From Podarcis tiliguerta (lineage: Eukaryota), in NCBI GenBank assembly GCA_965153285.1, contig OZ229113.1: a DNA stretch of 64,000 bases; one strand, written 5' to 3'. Within the stretch, counting starts at the first letter, position 1. Each line of letters starts with the position of its first letter. The position numbers and the translations under genes were made by a program. The notes below the pieces were generated by a model, which saw only the letters and a list, made by a program, of their open reading frames with translations, did not search any database and was not told where the DNA came from. Below are positions 26,240 through 39,178 of the stretch, in pieces.

Positions 26240-28089
26240 TAATTAGAAGAAGCTCTATTCTAGCTCTTTTCATTTCAAATATAAAATACTCTGGAGCCAA
26301 CTTGGATTTAACACCATCTGGTACCCCAGATGACAATCAAACTGTCACCCCACGTCTGCATCTTTAAGGTCTGAGAAGGATAACTTTCTGCTTTTGTTGC
26401 CAAAACCTATATAAACACACATGGCTTCTCCGTTTTTTGAGGCTGTACATAGCACCGATTTGCTGACAAACTTATGTTGTCACCAAGAAATCTCCTCCCA
26501 ATCTTTAGAGCACTTTTAAAAGCTTCCTTTAACCAAAAGAAGAAGTAATGGCCTTGCAATGTCATCAGATTCCAAGAAGAAAAAGGAGAAATGGATGGAT
26601 GAATAAACAGGTGAACTGTAAAAAGTTTGGTATTGTATGCATAATTCATGTGGCACTTAAAAAAAATTAGCGGCAGACAACTTGCCTGAAGGTGGAAGCA
26701 GGTCTGGCAGCTAAGCATACATTCTGTTCTCTGGTAAGCATCTCTTTCATTTTAGTTGAAAAGCCAGAAGGAAACCAGGAGTCCTCACCCTATTACTTGA
26801 GCCCTTATTCTGATATTTGTTATCATATAATGCCTTTCTTTGTCCTAAGTTGTATCTGAGTGCAGGAGCAACAGAAGACCACACTCCCTTACAGAGCCTT
26901 AGACATCTTTTACAATTTGAAACTCGCACCTTCATTATTATTATTTACCAAAAAAGGCAACTCTTAAAACACAAAGGGTTGCATTTAATGTTAGTCATAC
27001 TCAGAGAAGACCCTTTGGAATTAAAGGATATGGTAATTTAGACACATTCATACACTGTACTGAGAGAGTAATTCCATCAGCTACAACTAACACATGAACT
27101 TCAAGACATTCTGAAAACACTATTATTTCAAAGATAAGGTGGCAAGGAGAGCACTGGTCCCTGTCTCTTTGATGAGTCAAGTAAACAAACAATTTTTCTC
27201 CTTCAGCTCTTGTTGAGCCCTAGGATTCTGTATCTGTTAGCAGCCCCTATACTCAGCTTGGCCATTAAAGACCTACAGGTGTAAAAATGATACTCTTGCT
27301 TTACTTTAAATGATCAAAGGGCACTTGATGTAAGTTGATGTTTGACAAATATTTTGCTGCTATTATGCTTGTGTTTTCATGGTTACGACTTCAATTTAAC
27401 TTGTTTTATCCTGCATTTTTTTTTTCATTGTAAGCCACCCTGACTGTGCTTGTCACAGGAAGGCAGGATTAGATGTCCCTAAACAAAACAAGATGCATAC
27501 TTGAGAGAACCATTTCTATATGATTGACTTACATGTCCCGCTAGGATTTTTTGAGTACTAACTCCAAAATATGCTCCAGTATTCTGAACTATAGGTTTTT
27601 GCACACATACATCTATCTTTACTGTCAACACACATCTCGCCAAAAGAATCACACATTTTATCAAGCAAAACAGTATTGCCCAGCTTATTAGTTAATAAGA
27701 ACCTAACACCAGGCACACATTCAGAAGCACCATCAGTAAACTGCATGGAAATGTACCAGCTTAAAAGATGCAATTCAAAGATATGGTAAGATTGGTAGAC
27801 CCAGATTATGACAGTGATTGGAAAGGGAGGAGGGGTATTACCCACAACCCACAGGCCTTCTGTGGCAGAGGACTCTGGCTACTTCCATGGAGGAGAAAAC
27901 CCACAGAACTTCATTCAGAGTGCTTTTGGCTTGCAAAAATCATAGGTTACAAAATTAAGCAGGCTCTTTTAACCAGCCAGCCAGCTCTTCCAGATTGGTG
28001 GAGCCCACCAAACTTCAGGTCTGGTCAGCTTACATAAGGCTTCAGTTGGCTCTAGTTCTCTGTAGAAGAAACATCTTGGGTTTAGCAGG

Positions 28090-28312
28090 GCCTTTTGGAG
28101 CTGTCCAATGTCCTGTAGCCTTTCTGCTGGATGAACTCACTGCTTGCTTCCCTTATGAGTCTCATGTGCTGGAGGTGATAGTACTTAATGCTCTCCCATG
28201 GTAGCACTCTGGCAATGAAACTCTCTCCCTAGTGTAGCTTGCTTGGCATCTACCTTGATATAATTCTAAGGCCAGGCAAAGTCATTTTCTTTTTTCCAGG
28301 ACTTTTATTATG
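28090..28312 (+). mobile_element. Degraded L2/CR1-group LINE 3' fragment
   Basis: gtagcactctggcaatgaaactctctccct...ttctaaggccaggcaaag..ttt.ttttt.cag resembles the end of LINE ORF2 (LWNSLP...F...K..LF). Confidence 0.45.
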
Positions 28313-30966
28313 TCCCTGCTTTAAACCCATTTGACACAAGCTATGTTGTTTTTTTTAACATGGAGTTTATATATTATTTCTGTTACTATTTCTGGGTTTT
28401 TGTTTTTTTGTTTTGCTTTAAATGGACCTGATAACATGCAGCTCAAAACTGACCAGCAATGGCTGGCTAACTGCCCATATTGTCCACGTTTGGAAGCACC
28501 CACAGTCTGAAACACTGCGACCAATGCACAGGTTCACCATCTCAGTGAGAACTAGGCCAAAGATGTATCAGATCATGTGTTGTGCTGCCCTTTCCCTAGA
28601 GGCTGGCATCTGCCAAAATGCATGTGAGTGCTTGGGGACGGAAGGACGCAGAAAGGCACTAACTAGCAATCAGGGATTCGCATTAAGGGCTGAGTCAGCT
28701 TACAGAACAATGAAAAGGCAGTTTTAGTTTATAGTATAATGAAAGGAGGGAGAGGCGCACACAGTTAATTCAGCATGCCATCTGGTGCAGCACTGTGCTT
28801 CAAAGCAATATTACTATACCATCCTCTGTTAAAGCAGACCAATCACCAGCAGAGACTGATACTCTCAATAGCTGGACTCAGACACTGAATAAAACAGAGC
28901 CTGTCTGTAATCCATATGGATTTGTATCTCATACACATTACAAGAAAGCTTTTGGAGAGGGTCTGTTTACCCTTGCCTTTTCTGCTTACTCCTAAAAGAA
29001 GAAGTTTGCTTTCTAATATACGAACAATTTGTCACAAATTAAAAAACATGTCCTTATTGAATGCTAAATATAACAAAATTACAATCATACATTTATAGCC
29101 TGTCTCAAGTCTTCACATACACTATAGTAAATAATCCTTACAACAGCCCTATAGAGTAGGTCTCCTGTTATAGGAGGAGGTGAAAGCTGAAGTTTTAAAG
29201 CTAGTCTTAGATTTTGGATTTTCTAGTGTGTGTTTTCTGTTCTTCCCAGGCTTAACATACATAGATATGATGGTTGTCACACCCTCATAAGAGGCTTTGT
29301 CACTCTACAATCAGCACACACATAGTGTAGTGTGAAAACAAGATCGCTCCAAAAAGGATGCAGCTTTAAGAAGTAAGAACCACAAACCCTTGATTTTAAA
29401 TTCTCTCTATGTGAGTTAGAAACACACTCTTTTCTTCTTCTTTTTTTTGAAAAAAGTTGCCAATGAAGAAAACACAACTGCATTCCGCTTTCCATGCTAG
29501 GAGCAGGGTTTGGTTGCATTTCTATTTCTCTCTCCTTTGTTCCCTAGAAGGAAGAACATTAACTGGTCTGACAAGTTCTATTAAAACAAGGAAAGGCTAT
29601 AAACAATGCAGAAGACCATGTATTTTTTACTGGAAAAAGAAACAGGCAGCAGGAAGAGGCAGACAGACTGGCCTAAGCTGCCGGCCAAATCAATTATTTG
29701 TCTGTAACAGACATTTATCTCCACATTTATGTCCTGAATAAAACGAATGCCTTGTTGGCCTGGTAACCTGGCAAGGAGGTACAGCTACTCTGTTTGAAAT
29801 CCACAGCCAACTCCAAAACTCAGTAAGGGCCAAACTCAACGTGATGGTGACCATGACCTTTATAAATCAGACTCTGCCCCTGATCATGAATACAGCTGGG
29901 GAAGGCCCCTGTTTTAATAGCAGGAAGAGAGGATTGATCAATTCTCCCCCACAATCTGAGAGGACTCACCACCAACAGCAACTGGGCTCCAGTACCATAT
30001 TCAGTACTGAATCCAGCCGGGAGAAACTACATCATGTGACAAACTACAGGGAAGAAAGCCATAGAGGGGGAGAGCTCAGCATCCTCTCCCCATTTTATGT
30101 GTGACTGTGGTAGGCCTGCAATTAAAGAGGCATGTCTGCCATTGTCATGTCTCCCTTGGTTCTGTCTTACTTTTTCTTATTTACTCTTCCAGGAAACACA
30201 CAGGCTTTAGCCCTATCCAGTCACTCAATTCCATGAATATTTGTGGGATGGGGTGGCACTGCACCAGAGTGGCAAATAAGCAAGGGGACTCTGGTCAGTT
30301 TTCAGCAACTGCACATAGGTTAGGAGCTGAGCCTGCTGCTATTGGGCTGAACTTGGCATTCCTTTAATGATTCTGAATGAACAGACAGGGCTTTTAGACC
30401 AGCATGTCAAGCAGTGCCTTTAGAAATTTGGCATCACTCACTTTCCATATGAGGCTATCAACAGTCAGCAAAATACAAATTCTATGTTAGCCAACTTCTG
30501 CACCCCCAAAGCCCAAATTCTGAAACCAGTGTAAATTAAGCAAATTACATTGCAATTCTGTGTGCGTTTCCTAAGAAGTAAATTCCATTGTATTCAATAA
30601 ATCTTACATGCATGGAATTTTAGCCTTCTGCAAATGGATAATTCTAGTTCTGTTAATCAGTGAGGAACTGTAGGATGTGGATTCTGAACTCCATGATCAG
30701 AAGAAACATCCAAGGCTTTGCCTTTTTAGGTTTAACCGCGCACAGCCCATGTACTTTCAAGTAAGGATGCTGGAAGACTGATTTCTACACATTTACCTGG
30801 TCTATACCTCTCAATGATGGAAAATGGGGCAGTCAGACTTATTATAGGTGAACACATGGGAGAGTACATCCCTACTTTTAAGCCTGTTCTCATGACAATA
30901 AGGACTAGAAATACCCTTTTTGAAAAATGAAAGCTGAGATTCTCAAGATGCTGAACGCTGCATCTA

Positions 30967-31562
30967 TGTCAGGGACTGGCTGGATAACGAAAAGTGGAGG
31001 AAGTCTCCAGCCGAGGAACCCCCTAGGGAAGCAACAGGGGAAGAAGGCTCAGACCCAGGGGAGTGGTGGTGAAACACGGAAGATGGAACAGAGGAGGGAG
31101 GAAGCTGGGAGGTGGAAGACCCAGGAGGCTTAAGTGAGCAAGAAGAGTCAGAGGCAGAGAGCCCTCCAAGGACAGGACTGGATGCAGAGGAACACACTCT
31201 GAGCTCAGGATCTGAAGGAGAGGACAGGGAGGAGCCAGACACTGCAACACCTTCACAGCAGCTACCCAGACCCTCTGCATGGAGCTCCCCTCCCCCTTTG
31301 ACTCCAAGATTGTGCAGAGCTTTACACATAGCTGAACAGAAAGCTAGAAAAACCCAAGGGGGGGGGTGTCCCCTCTCCCTGCTTGCATTTGCATCTGTTT
31401 GGAAGACATCCAGAAGAGGAGAGTTAGGAGGAAGAGGAGGTGCCCAGAGCCTAGTGCCTGAGTGATCTCTCTTATATACTAATTTCCTGAATAAAACAGC
31501 TGACTTTACTTCAAGTCTCTGAGTCTCCCTTCTGACCTGTTGATGAACCTGTTCCCCTGACA
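30967..31562 (+). mobile_element. Solo LTR-like element (596 bp)
   Basis: TG...CA termini with inverted ends tgtcaggga / cccctgaca, purine-rich U3-like region, AATAAA at about 31489; no TSD found. Confidence 0.75.
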
Positions 31563-31817
31563 GCCCCTTGACAATTTGGTGCTTAATTCTTTACCTTTTG
31601 TCAGAAAATAAAATATGCTTTATTTTTTTTTAAAAAAAAGAAAATGCACAACTTAGCATATTTTTTGGATGGGTGGGGGAATTCATTACCTATCCAGTTC
31701 TTGCTTTGTTCAAGCAGGAGGCATTTGAAATCATTGCATTCATCAGAATACATCTCCTCCTTCCTACTGATTTGCTAGAAGCCTAAGCAGAGAAGTTCCC
31801 GAGATAAAATATCTTAC

Positions 31818-31853
31818 CAATAAACATGTGGAATAAGTTACTGAGAAATGCAT
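31818..31853 (-). CDS. Candidate 36-nt frame-preserving internal exon
   Basis: Minus strand ttatgcttcctctctcag|ATGCATTTCTCAGTAACTTATTCCACATGTTTATTG|gtaaga; open in phase 1 (xAFLSNLFHMFI) and phase 0 (MHFSVTYSTCLL). Confidence 0.35.
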
Positions 31854-33370
31854 CTGAGAGAGGAAGCATAAAATGTATTAAATCACAAGGATTTGTTTCA
31901 GGAGAGGAAGGAGATTGAAGGGGATTGGGGGGAAACAAAAAAACGGAGACTAATATAAATTTTATACAAAGGAAACTTCCTACCCCACGGTTTGTTTGTG
32001 TTTTTTAATGCTTAGAGCTGGCCACGTATTTTTATGAACTCTTAACACAGGATGTATTGCTCTGCTGATTAAAATAATAATGATAAAATGAGATGTGGGC
32101 TAAGTCTGCCACTCTGTCTGCCACATGGTATTGTCTTGGTGGTCAGTGCACCCGCAGGAAGGTTACCAGATCCGGAACTGGATGATGCATCTACTTTTTA
32201 ACAACTACAGCACAGAAGATGCTATAAGCACGAATGTCAATTCATGCCTATTTCCCCAGCTTCCTCTTAAAGCAGGGGCAAAACCACCATTATCTGCTCT
32301 AAGCAAAGATACAAGTGCAATGTAGTGGATCCCACACAAAACCAATTGAGCGAGAAACTGCAGCTCCTCATAATGTTCTGGTCCCTCCCCTAAGAAGCTG
32401 ACACAGTCACCACGTTCAAGGTCTCTTTAGCTGGAAATGACTCAAACCATTATGTAGCAGGATTAGCTCAGCATGATCAGAAAGGGCCGAGGAGCAAATT
32501 TGTTGCAAATCCCTCTCTGACATGGCCCTGGTAAGTGAGCCAGTCCAGATGCTGGGCTCTCCTTCAGTGGAGATACTTAACCAAGAAGCTAGCTAGCCAT
32601 ACGTCAGGAGTGCTGCAGTTTTAACCTGCATTGTTGATCCTGTAATGAGCAAACAGCTTCACGAGATCAGCTTTCTCCAGCTCTAAGGTCCCATATCAAG
32701 CTGAACAAGAAGCCCCACCATACTTGGTCACTGGTCACACAGGCAGAACAGCAATACCTGAGGACACAAAGCTGTGGAAGGCTAGACTAGATGGTCCTCA
32801 AGATCCCTTACAGCTCTATAATTTTATGGCTATTCTAATTTCAAAAGAACACAGCTAAAACATTTTGAGATGCCTGCCCCACCAATGCCTCACACAGAAA
32901 ACTGGGACTTTATTATTTGCATTAAGAGAAATGGATGCAAAAACAGTTGAGTCATATTACCCCTGCTAGTAACAAACAGAATCTACCATCTGTCAAGGGA
33001 TATATTTCCAGATGAAAGTGCTTTATTGGAAGGAAAATTAGTATGCAGGAAGATACAAATGAAAGTATTAGCATCTCTTTCAAAACAGAGCTACATCAAC
33101 AGGTAGGAGCATTTCATATATGCTGATTTCAATGGGCACATGCTGATAACCTGCTTAAACTGTAGCATTTGAAGGACAGATGCATTGACTTTCATGTATT
33201 CATGTATACAACAGCAACATGTGGCATGCAGCTGCAACTGAGCTCTGCTCCCTGGAACATGTTTCCACAGCGAACATGATGTTAAAAAGTAGTGCACACA
33301 GTTCAAACTCTGCCATGTAATAATATCAGCATGTTTATGAGGTATTCTTCCCATAAATACAACCTCTTAC

Positions 33371-33379
33371 CTTGCACAT
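33371..33379 (-). CDS. Candidate 9-nt microexon
   Basis: Minus strand ccctattttgattttcag|ATGTGCAAG|gtaaga: good acceptor, strong donor, length a multiple of 3, no internal stop in any frame. Confidence 0.35.
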
Positions 33380-33439
33380 CTGAAAATCAAAATAGGGATT
33401 TCTAGATATCCCCAAGAAACCAATTAATTCCAGTTGGCA

Positions 33440-33441
<2 letters not shown>

Positions 33442-33472
<31 letters not shown>
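33442..33472. repeat. (GT)n microsatellite
   Basis: About 15 pure GT units. Confidence 0.95.
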
Positions 33473-33475
<3 letters not shown>

Positions 33476-33987
33476 ACTAATTGCATTAATCATATATACG
33501 TTAAAGAGCTGGTTCACGCTTCATACTAATGTTTTTCCCCTTTGCCTCATTTTATTTCCTGACTACAAGAGATAAGGAGACATATTTAATGAAGAATGTG
33601 GATGGTGGCAAGTCCAATGGCTAGAGAGAGATCTGGTAGTGGGTGACTACAGGCAACGCTTTCTCTCTCAGCTTCAGCTCTTTAACATAATGACTTTTTA
33701 TAAATCAGTTGCAAGGATGAAGTGCTGTTTTTAAAAGCCCCAACTTGACAGATCTTAACAACAGCACAATTCCTTTCAGGTGAGATTAGATTAATCATCT
33801 AGATTAATACTAATGCTGAATTAAATAAAAATTAAATACGGACAGGTGGAGGTACAGACAGGTGGAGGTGCAGGAATGGGGGGCTGGGAGGAAGGGTAAG
33901 TTTCATTTACAGATATCCAGTTGGAGTATGAATTGAATTTGAAATGATAGAATGTATGTGCTGCTGTTGTTTTTAACCCCCCCCCCG

Positions 33988-34011
33988 GTGTGTGTGTGTG
34001 TGTGTGTGTGT
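33988..34011. repeat. (GT)n microsatellite
   Basis: Pure GT run after a C tract. Confidence 0.95.
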
Positions 34012-34154
34012 TGAGCATGGGGTGTTAGGGGAGGGGTAGTACCTCTGGTGGGGAGCACAGACTTCCCTTGCATGTGAAGACAGGCTCTGGCAGACTGATC
34101 AGAAAAGACCAATAGTAGATCCAACCATCAAGAAGGCAGTTTCTGCATGTGTTA

Positions 34155-34530
34155 TAGAGGGATGCGAGGGGCAGATGGGGCTTGTCAGTCTAGGAAGGTA
34201 GCCCATCTAGGAGAAGGAAAACTCTGACCCTAAAGCTCCACTGCCTTGCTGGAAGAAGAACAGGCCAAGTAGTAAACCCTATACAAATCCAGAATGGAGT
34301 CCCTAAGATGGTTGGGTGGCGCCTTGTACACCTCCTTCCAGCAACTCCTGCAGCCAAGCTGGTGCCAAACACATTGCTCTGCTTTCTTTTGGACCACATC
34401 AGCAAGACCGTGAGGCAGGTCTGGTTGTCTGGACACCTTCATACACATTGCCCAGGATTGGGCTTGGGGAGGTCACTTGGGTGCTGCTCATGCAGCTGTT
34501 TGACTTCGCCCCTGAAGGTGCACTCCATTG
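34155..34530 (+). mobile_element. RTE-clade retrotransposon 5' region or derived non-autonomous element
   Basis: Motif gcccatctaggagaaggaaaactctgaccctaaa..tccactgccttgc, which I recall from RTE-type element 5' regions. Confidence 0.55.
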
Positions 34531-34869
34531 TCTCTTGAGACAAAGGAATGCCAACAAATGTGTGTGTTTATATAAGTACCTCTTTTATGTATGCTATCAT
34601 GTTGTAACTTACTTCAGGATACCTCATGGGAAGTTGCTTCATAAATGCAATAAATGCATACAATAAAATAATAATATGTGCAAGCGGAAGTCTGCCATGC
34701 AAGTGGTACACCACAATCGGATATCACCCCCATAACTGGGGCACAGAGGACATGGCACAGAAGCACTAACACATTAGTCTATCCGAAGATACCTCGAGCA
34801 CTGCACTCACCACCCTTGCTTATAGCACACAGTGTGAAAAGGAAAGGAGGAGCTTAACTATGGGGACAT

Positions 34870-35270
34870 CTGTGAATGGGCAGTTGTCCTTCACAGTGGG
34901 ACTGAACTCATTTGATGACTTGAGCTGGGGAGAGACAAGAAGACACTCTGTGGTCTTATAAACAGGACAAGAAAGCATTTATAAACACAAGAAAGTATTT
35001 CTTCATGCAAGGCAACTTAAAGAATCTACTGCCAGAAGATGTGGTCATTGCTTCAGGCTTCGATGGATTTCAAAGAGGATTAGACAAATTCATGGGAGCG
35101 CAAATCTATCAATGGCTATGAGCCATGAAAGGAAAAAAGGAACCTTCATGTTCAGGAGAAAGTTGTTAAAAGGGGTGCAAATAGCAAGGGTGTGCCATTG
35201 CCGTCATATCCTACTTGTGGATTTCCAAAGGCATCACTCACTTGACCTAATCCAGCCAGTTTTTTCTTCT
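34870..35270 (+). mobile_element. Degraded CR1 3' fragment
   Basis: acaggacaagaaag...ttcttcatgca...ctgccagaagatgtggt...gatggatttcaaagaggattagacaaattcatgg (FKRGLDKFM). Confidence 0.75.
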
Positions 35271-35273
35271 GTG

Positions 35274-35460
35274 GAGGCTTCATAGCTCAGTGCTAGAGCA
35301 TCTACTCTGCCTGCAGAAAGTCCCAGATTTAATCCCTGGCATCTCCAGATAGAGTTAGCATGGACTCCTGCCTCAAACCCTGGAGAGTTTCTACCAGTCA
35401 GTGCAGACAATACTCAGCTAGGTGGACCAATAATCTACCTCAGTGTTAGACAGCTTCCTT
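35274..35460 (+). mobile_element. tRNA-derived squamate SINE
   Basis: A box (tagctcagtgctagagc), degenerate B box (gatttaatccc), body aaaccctggagag...cagtcagtgcagacaatactcagctaggtggaccaa...cagcttcct. Confidence 0.8.
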
Positions 35461-37034
35461 TGTTGTCCCAAACAATGTTGGGCCGGCCCTTGAGAACATA
35501 TTGATTACAAACTCTGTTTACATCCTCGGGGAAACTGACCCACTTTTATTCTTAGTAACTGGAAAGAAATGTGTTTCAGAAAATAAATGAATATTATAAC
35601 CACAGGCATGTTTAAACATATTAATGCACAAGGGAGGGATTTGTCAGAAAAGGCACTTGAATTTTCAAAGGGCAATATTAGAAAGAAATGTAGAGAAAGA
35701 AAGTTATTTCCTCTCTCTGTTCCCGCAGTTTTCAAACTTGCACAGAAGTCCATCCCTGAACCAGGAGTGGAGCTGAAAGAATGTGCTTGTGTGGAATTTA
35801 GAAGGTGTTGATAAGGAGGTATTTGTTGACAATGCCTTGACAGCATTTATAGGGTGAGAATGAATAATGATTGTCCATTTGGTGAGAAGTCGATTTCAGG
35901 GCTCCAATGTAATTTGTCACCAGGGCTATTTTAAAGATTGGGAGGAGAAATGTGGCATGCAATGTATAATATTATATATATCCAAAGAAATCCAAAGAAC
36001 ATTGCAGTTTGAAATATTTCTTTTCACATATGGCAGTTTCTATGCCTTTCTTCTCCCTTGTCAACCACAAATAATATTTAGAAACAGCCACCCTTTTAAT
36101 TTTCTCTAGCTCTAGAGGTAATGTATAGGAGACTGCTGGTCAGCTAACCTGTTTGCAACCATGGTCAGACAAGTAAATCAGCCTAATTTTATGGAGCAAG
36201 TTCAAGCTGAGCACACACTCCCATTTACTCTGCATCCAGTGTCGCTCCCACTGCAGTGTACACAGAACTTTTGCCACAATCTATATTAATCCTATTGCTT
36301 CTTAAGAAATACTGCATTTTGAGGCACTTTTCCCTACACCAATCCAAACAGAGGAAAATATCAAACTAGCTGCATTTGAAGATGAAATGTATACACAGCC
36401 TTAGTTTAGGGGCTAACTCGTGATACATTTGGAACAAGGTAGCTCTACTGAGTGTACATAATCTGGCCAGTCAATTAAAAGAGATGAAATATATAAGCTC
36501 CTGCAGTTGAATAAGCAAATCAACTTGCTTAACTCGGCAGCTTTTCTTCCTCATTTTCAGATATTTACAGTGCGTATAAGAGCACAACAGGATACAGAAA
36601 TGTCAAACCCCGGGGCAAAGGTGCATTCTAAAAATTCTGTTCCAAAATATCTATGATGTCTTTCCATAATGAAAACCCATATAAAAGACAAGCTACCTAG
36701 CTCTGCACTGATTGTTATTCTGGAAAGTTGTCATAGTTATGTCATATCTAGAAGAAGGGGGAAGTGCCTTCACCTGCTAAATGTGCTGTTCAGCTGCTTG
36801 GAAAATATTATACAAGAGTTACCAGTAAATCTACAATGGCTTAGGACTCCTCTAAGAGCAACGAATCTTTCTAGAACATTTCATTGGCCCCAGTGAAAAT
36901 GGTTCTAAAGGTGTTAGGGTCTAGCTCTACGACTAAGCCTTTTATATGTGAATTTGTGAAAGTGCAACGACTGGGTGATTTATATTAACAGGGTGTCCCT
37001 TTGAATATCACAGTAAACCCAAGGTGTAGTCTGA

Positions 37035-37145
37035 AGGTGACCACTGAAACTTAGCATGTGTGGTTAGTGCCTGGATGGGTGACCAACATTCATACCGCCT
37101 CTTCAGTTCTATGGTAGAAGAAAGGTGGATTAGAAATGTAAAAAA
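37035..37145 (+). mobile_element. 5S rRNA-derived SINE remnant
   Basis: gaaacttagca...tggttagtgcctggatgggtgacc resembles the 5S internal control region (gaagctaagcag...tggttagtacttggatgggagacc); ends in an A-rich tail. Confidence 0.6.
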
Positions 37146-37837
37146 CAAAACAAAACAAAAAACCCTCAACCCAAGAAGCTCATAGTTAATGGTTTACAGA
37201 ACATGTTGATGGGTTTCTGCTTTACTTCTCCCCTTGCAGATAAAAGTAACAAACCATCGTCTCTGGCTTAAGTGTTCCATCCAAGCCAAAAATCACATTT
37301 TGATTTGTCCCAAAGCCAACCTTGGCAAAAACAAACCTCTAACTGAGTAGACTGGAGTAGGCAGAAGAAACTTAAACCTCTCTGCCAGCTTAGCACTTTG
37401 ATCAGAATGCAAATTGTGTTTTCACCCTCAACCCTCATCATCAGATTGATCATCTGGGAGGGGGGCAATGCACGGGTGAGCTGAGGGGACTGTGTGCCTG
37501 GATGTGTACACATGTGAGAATACAGGGAGGCTGCACCTATAGCCAGCAAATTTGGCTAAGGCAAATGCCACTTACTGTGACATGCAAACCACACTGTTAT
37601 TATCAGACCATTTCCTTTGTTTACCGTGATTTAAAGTTATGCTGAATCTGTGTGTCTGTTGTATCTGCTTGTAGCTCTTGCTTCGGTGATGCTAAAGCAA
37701 TCTGAAAAGCATAGACAAAAACCCATAGAAATAAACCAGATGGGCAAACTGGGTCCACAATGAAGCAAAGCCTTGTTATTATGGATGCGCTGGGCTATGA
37801 CTGAAATCAGCAAGCTCCCTGAGTGGAATGCAGAAAT

Positions 37838-37855
37838 CTCCACTAGAGGGCTCAG
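37838..37855 (+). promoter_or_regulatory. Candidate CTCF core motif
   Basis: ctCCACTAGAGGGCtc matches the CCASYAGRKGGC core; motif match only. Confidence 0.35.
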
Positions 37856-38007
37856 AACCTTCATAATATAACTCTACTACAGTCTACTAAAATGACAAGC
37901 CATTTCTCCCAAGCTTTCATGTCCACAAGGGATAGTCAAACTGGAGTCCTCTATGTGTTGCTGCGTTCTAACCTCCTCCAGCCCCAGCCAGGCAAGGACA
38001 CCAATTA

Positions 38008-38238
38008 CAGTGGTACCTCGGGCTACAGATGCTTCAGGTTACAGATGCTTCAGGTTACAGACTCTGCTAACCCAGAAATAGTACCTCGGGTTAAGAACTC
38101 TCTTTCAGGATGAGAACAGAAATCGCACGGCGGCAGCGGGAGGCCCCATTAGCTAAAGTGGTACCTCAGGTTAAGAACAATTTCAGACTAAGAACGGACC
38201 TCCAGAACGAATTAAGTTCTTAACCTGAGGTACCACTG
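38008..38238. mobile_element. Tc1/mariner (Tigger-like) MITE
   Basis: TA|cagtggtacctcggg ... cctgaggtaccactg|TA with internal caggttaaga/caggttacag subrepeats. Confidence 0.92.
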
Positions 38239-39178
38239 TACAAGAAAAGGAGTTGCTGCAGGATATACCTCCCATCATAGGAGCGACTGTTGTGGGAACA
38301 CACTTGGAAAAACCCCAAGAGACGCCCAGGTAACTGTTGCTTATGGGGCAATACAAACACTACAAAGGAAGCAAATAAATACGTAAGTCTTCTGCTTCCT
38401 ACTCACTGAACCCTTGACAGCAGAAGAGGCAAGATTATGACCTGCGCTCTTCATTTGGTAACAACCTTTTCAATGACCAGGATCTCTGCAGTGTGTACAG
38501 CAGCATCAGTACAGTTCTATGCTTCTGGGGAAAATATTTCAAAAGATTTCAAACTGGTTTAAGCCTCTGGATTTGCTCAGAGTGCAGGGGCAAGGAAGCC
38601 AAAGGTGGTGTGGAAAAGAAAGGTGGTTTTCTCGAAGCTAGCAATGCGAAATGCCATGCCACAGAGCCCTTCAGGAGCTGAATTGGCGACATCCAAGTGT
38701 TAATTCCTCTCCACTGCAACCCGAAGAGCCAGTGGCATGTGAGCAGATTCCAGGTTTTACCTTAGCAATGTCCAGTGGAGCAGCTGCACTCCAGGGAGCT
38801 TCTTGCCTGCATGTCCTCAAGCTGTCACTTTGCAGTATGTCATTCCAGTCATCTATCTGAAAAAAGGCCAGCCAAACAAGGAAGCCTCACTACAACCCGC
38901 CCAATAATGTGCCCTGCTGACTGGCAATCCCGGTCAAATGAAGTTCTGTTCCATCCTAACTTCTTGCAATGAAAACTCACAAGGATAACTAACTCCAGAA
39001 ACTGCTAACCTCACCTGACCTTCTATTAGCTGCATCCATTTCAAACTTTTTGTATCGGGTGGTTTTTCTATCATTTTCTATGGATTTGTTACCATTTACA
39101 CATTACAGTATTTGATTCACGACTTGTTGATTCAGATTACATGGTTTTATTTTTTTACTTCTGCTTTTAAGACTATAG

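Noticed and set aside
27533-27670. Minus-strand donor CAT|GTAAGT and overlapping ORFs; similar MKQLPMRYPE|gtaagt near 34613-34642
   Set aside because: Weak exonic donor context, phase 0 and no supporting signal; not distinguishable from background.
31112-31465. Acidic, Ser/Pro-rich 117-aa ORF
   Set aside because: Lies wholly within the LTR-like element and reflects its purine-rich composition.
37035-37090. Possible 5S rRNA gene
   Set aside because: Partial and diverged with an A-rich tail; SINE remnant.
38008-38238. Short repeated units that might suggest a CRISPR-like array
   Set aside because: Units are irregular subrepeats inside a TIR/TA-flanked MITE in eukaryotic DNA; no unique spacers and no cas genes.
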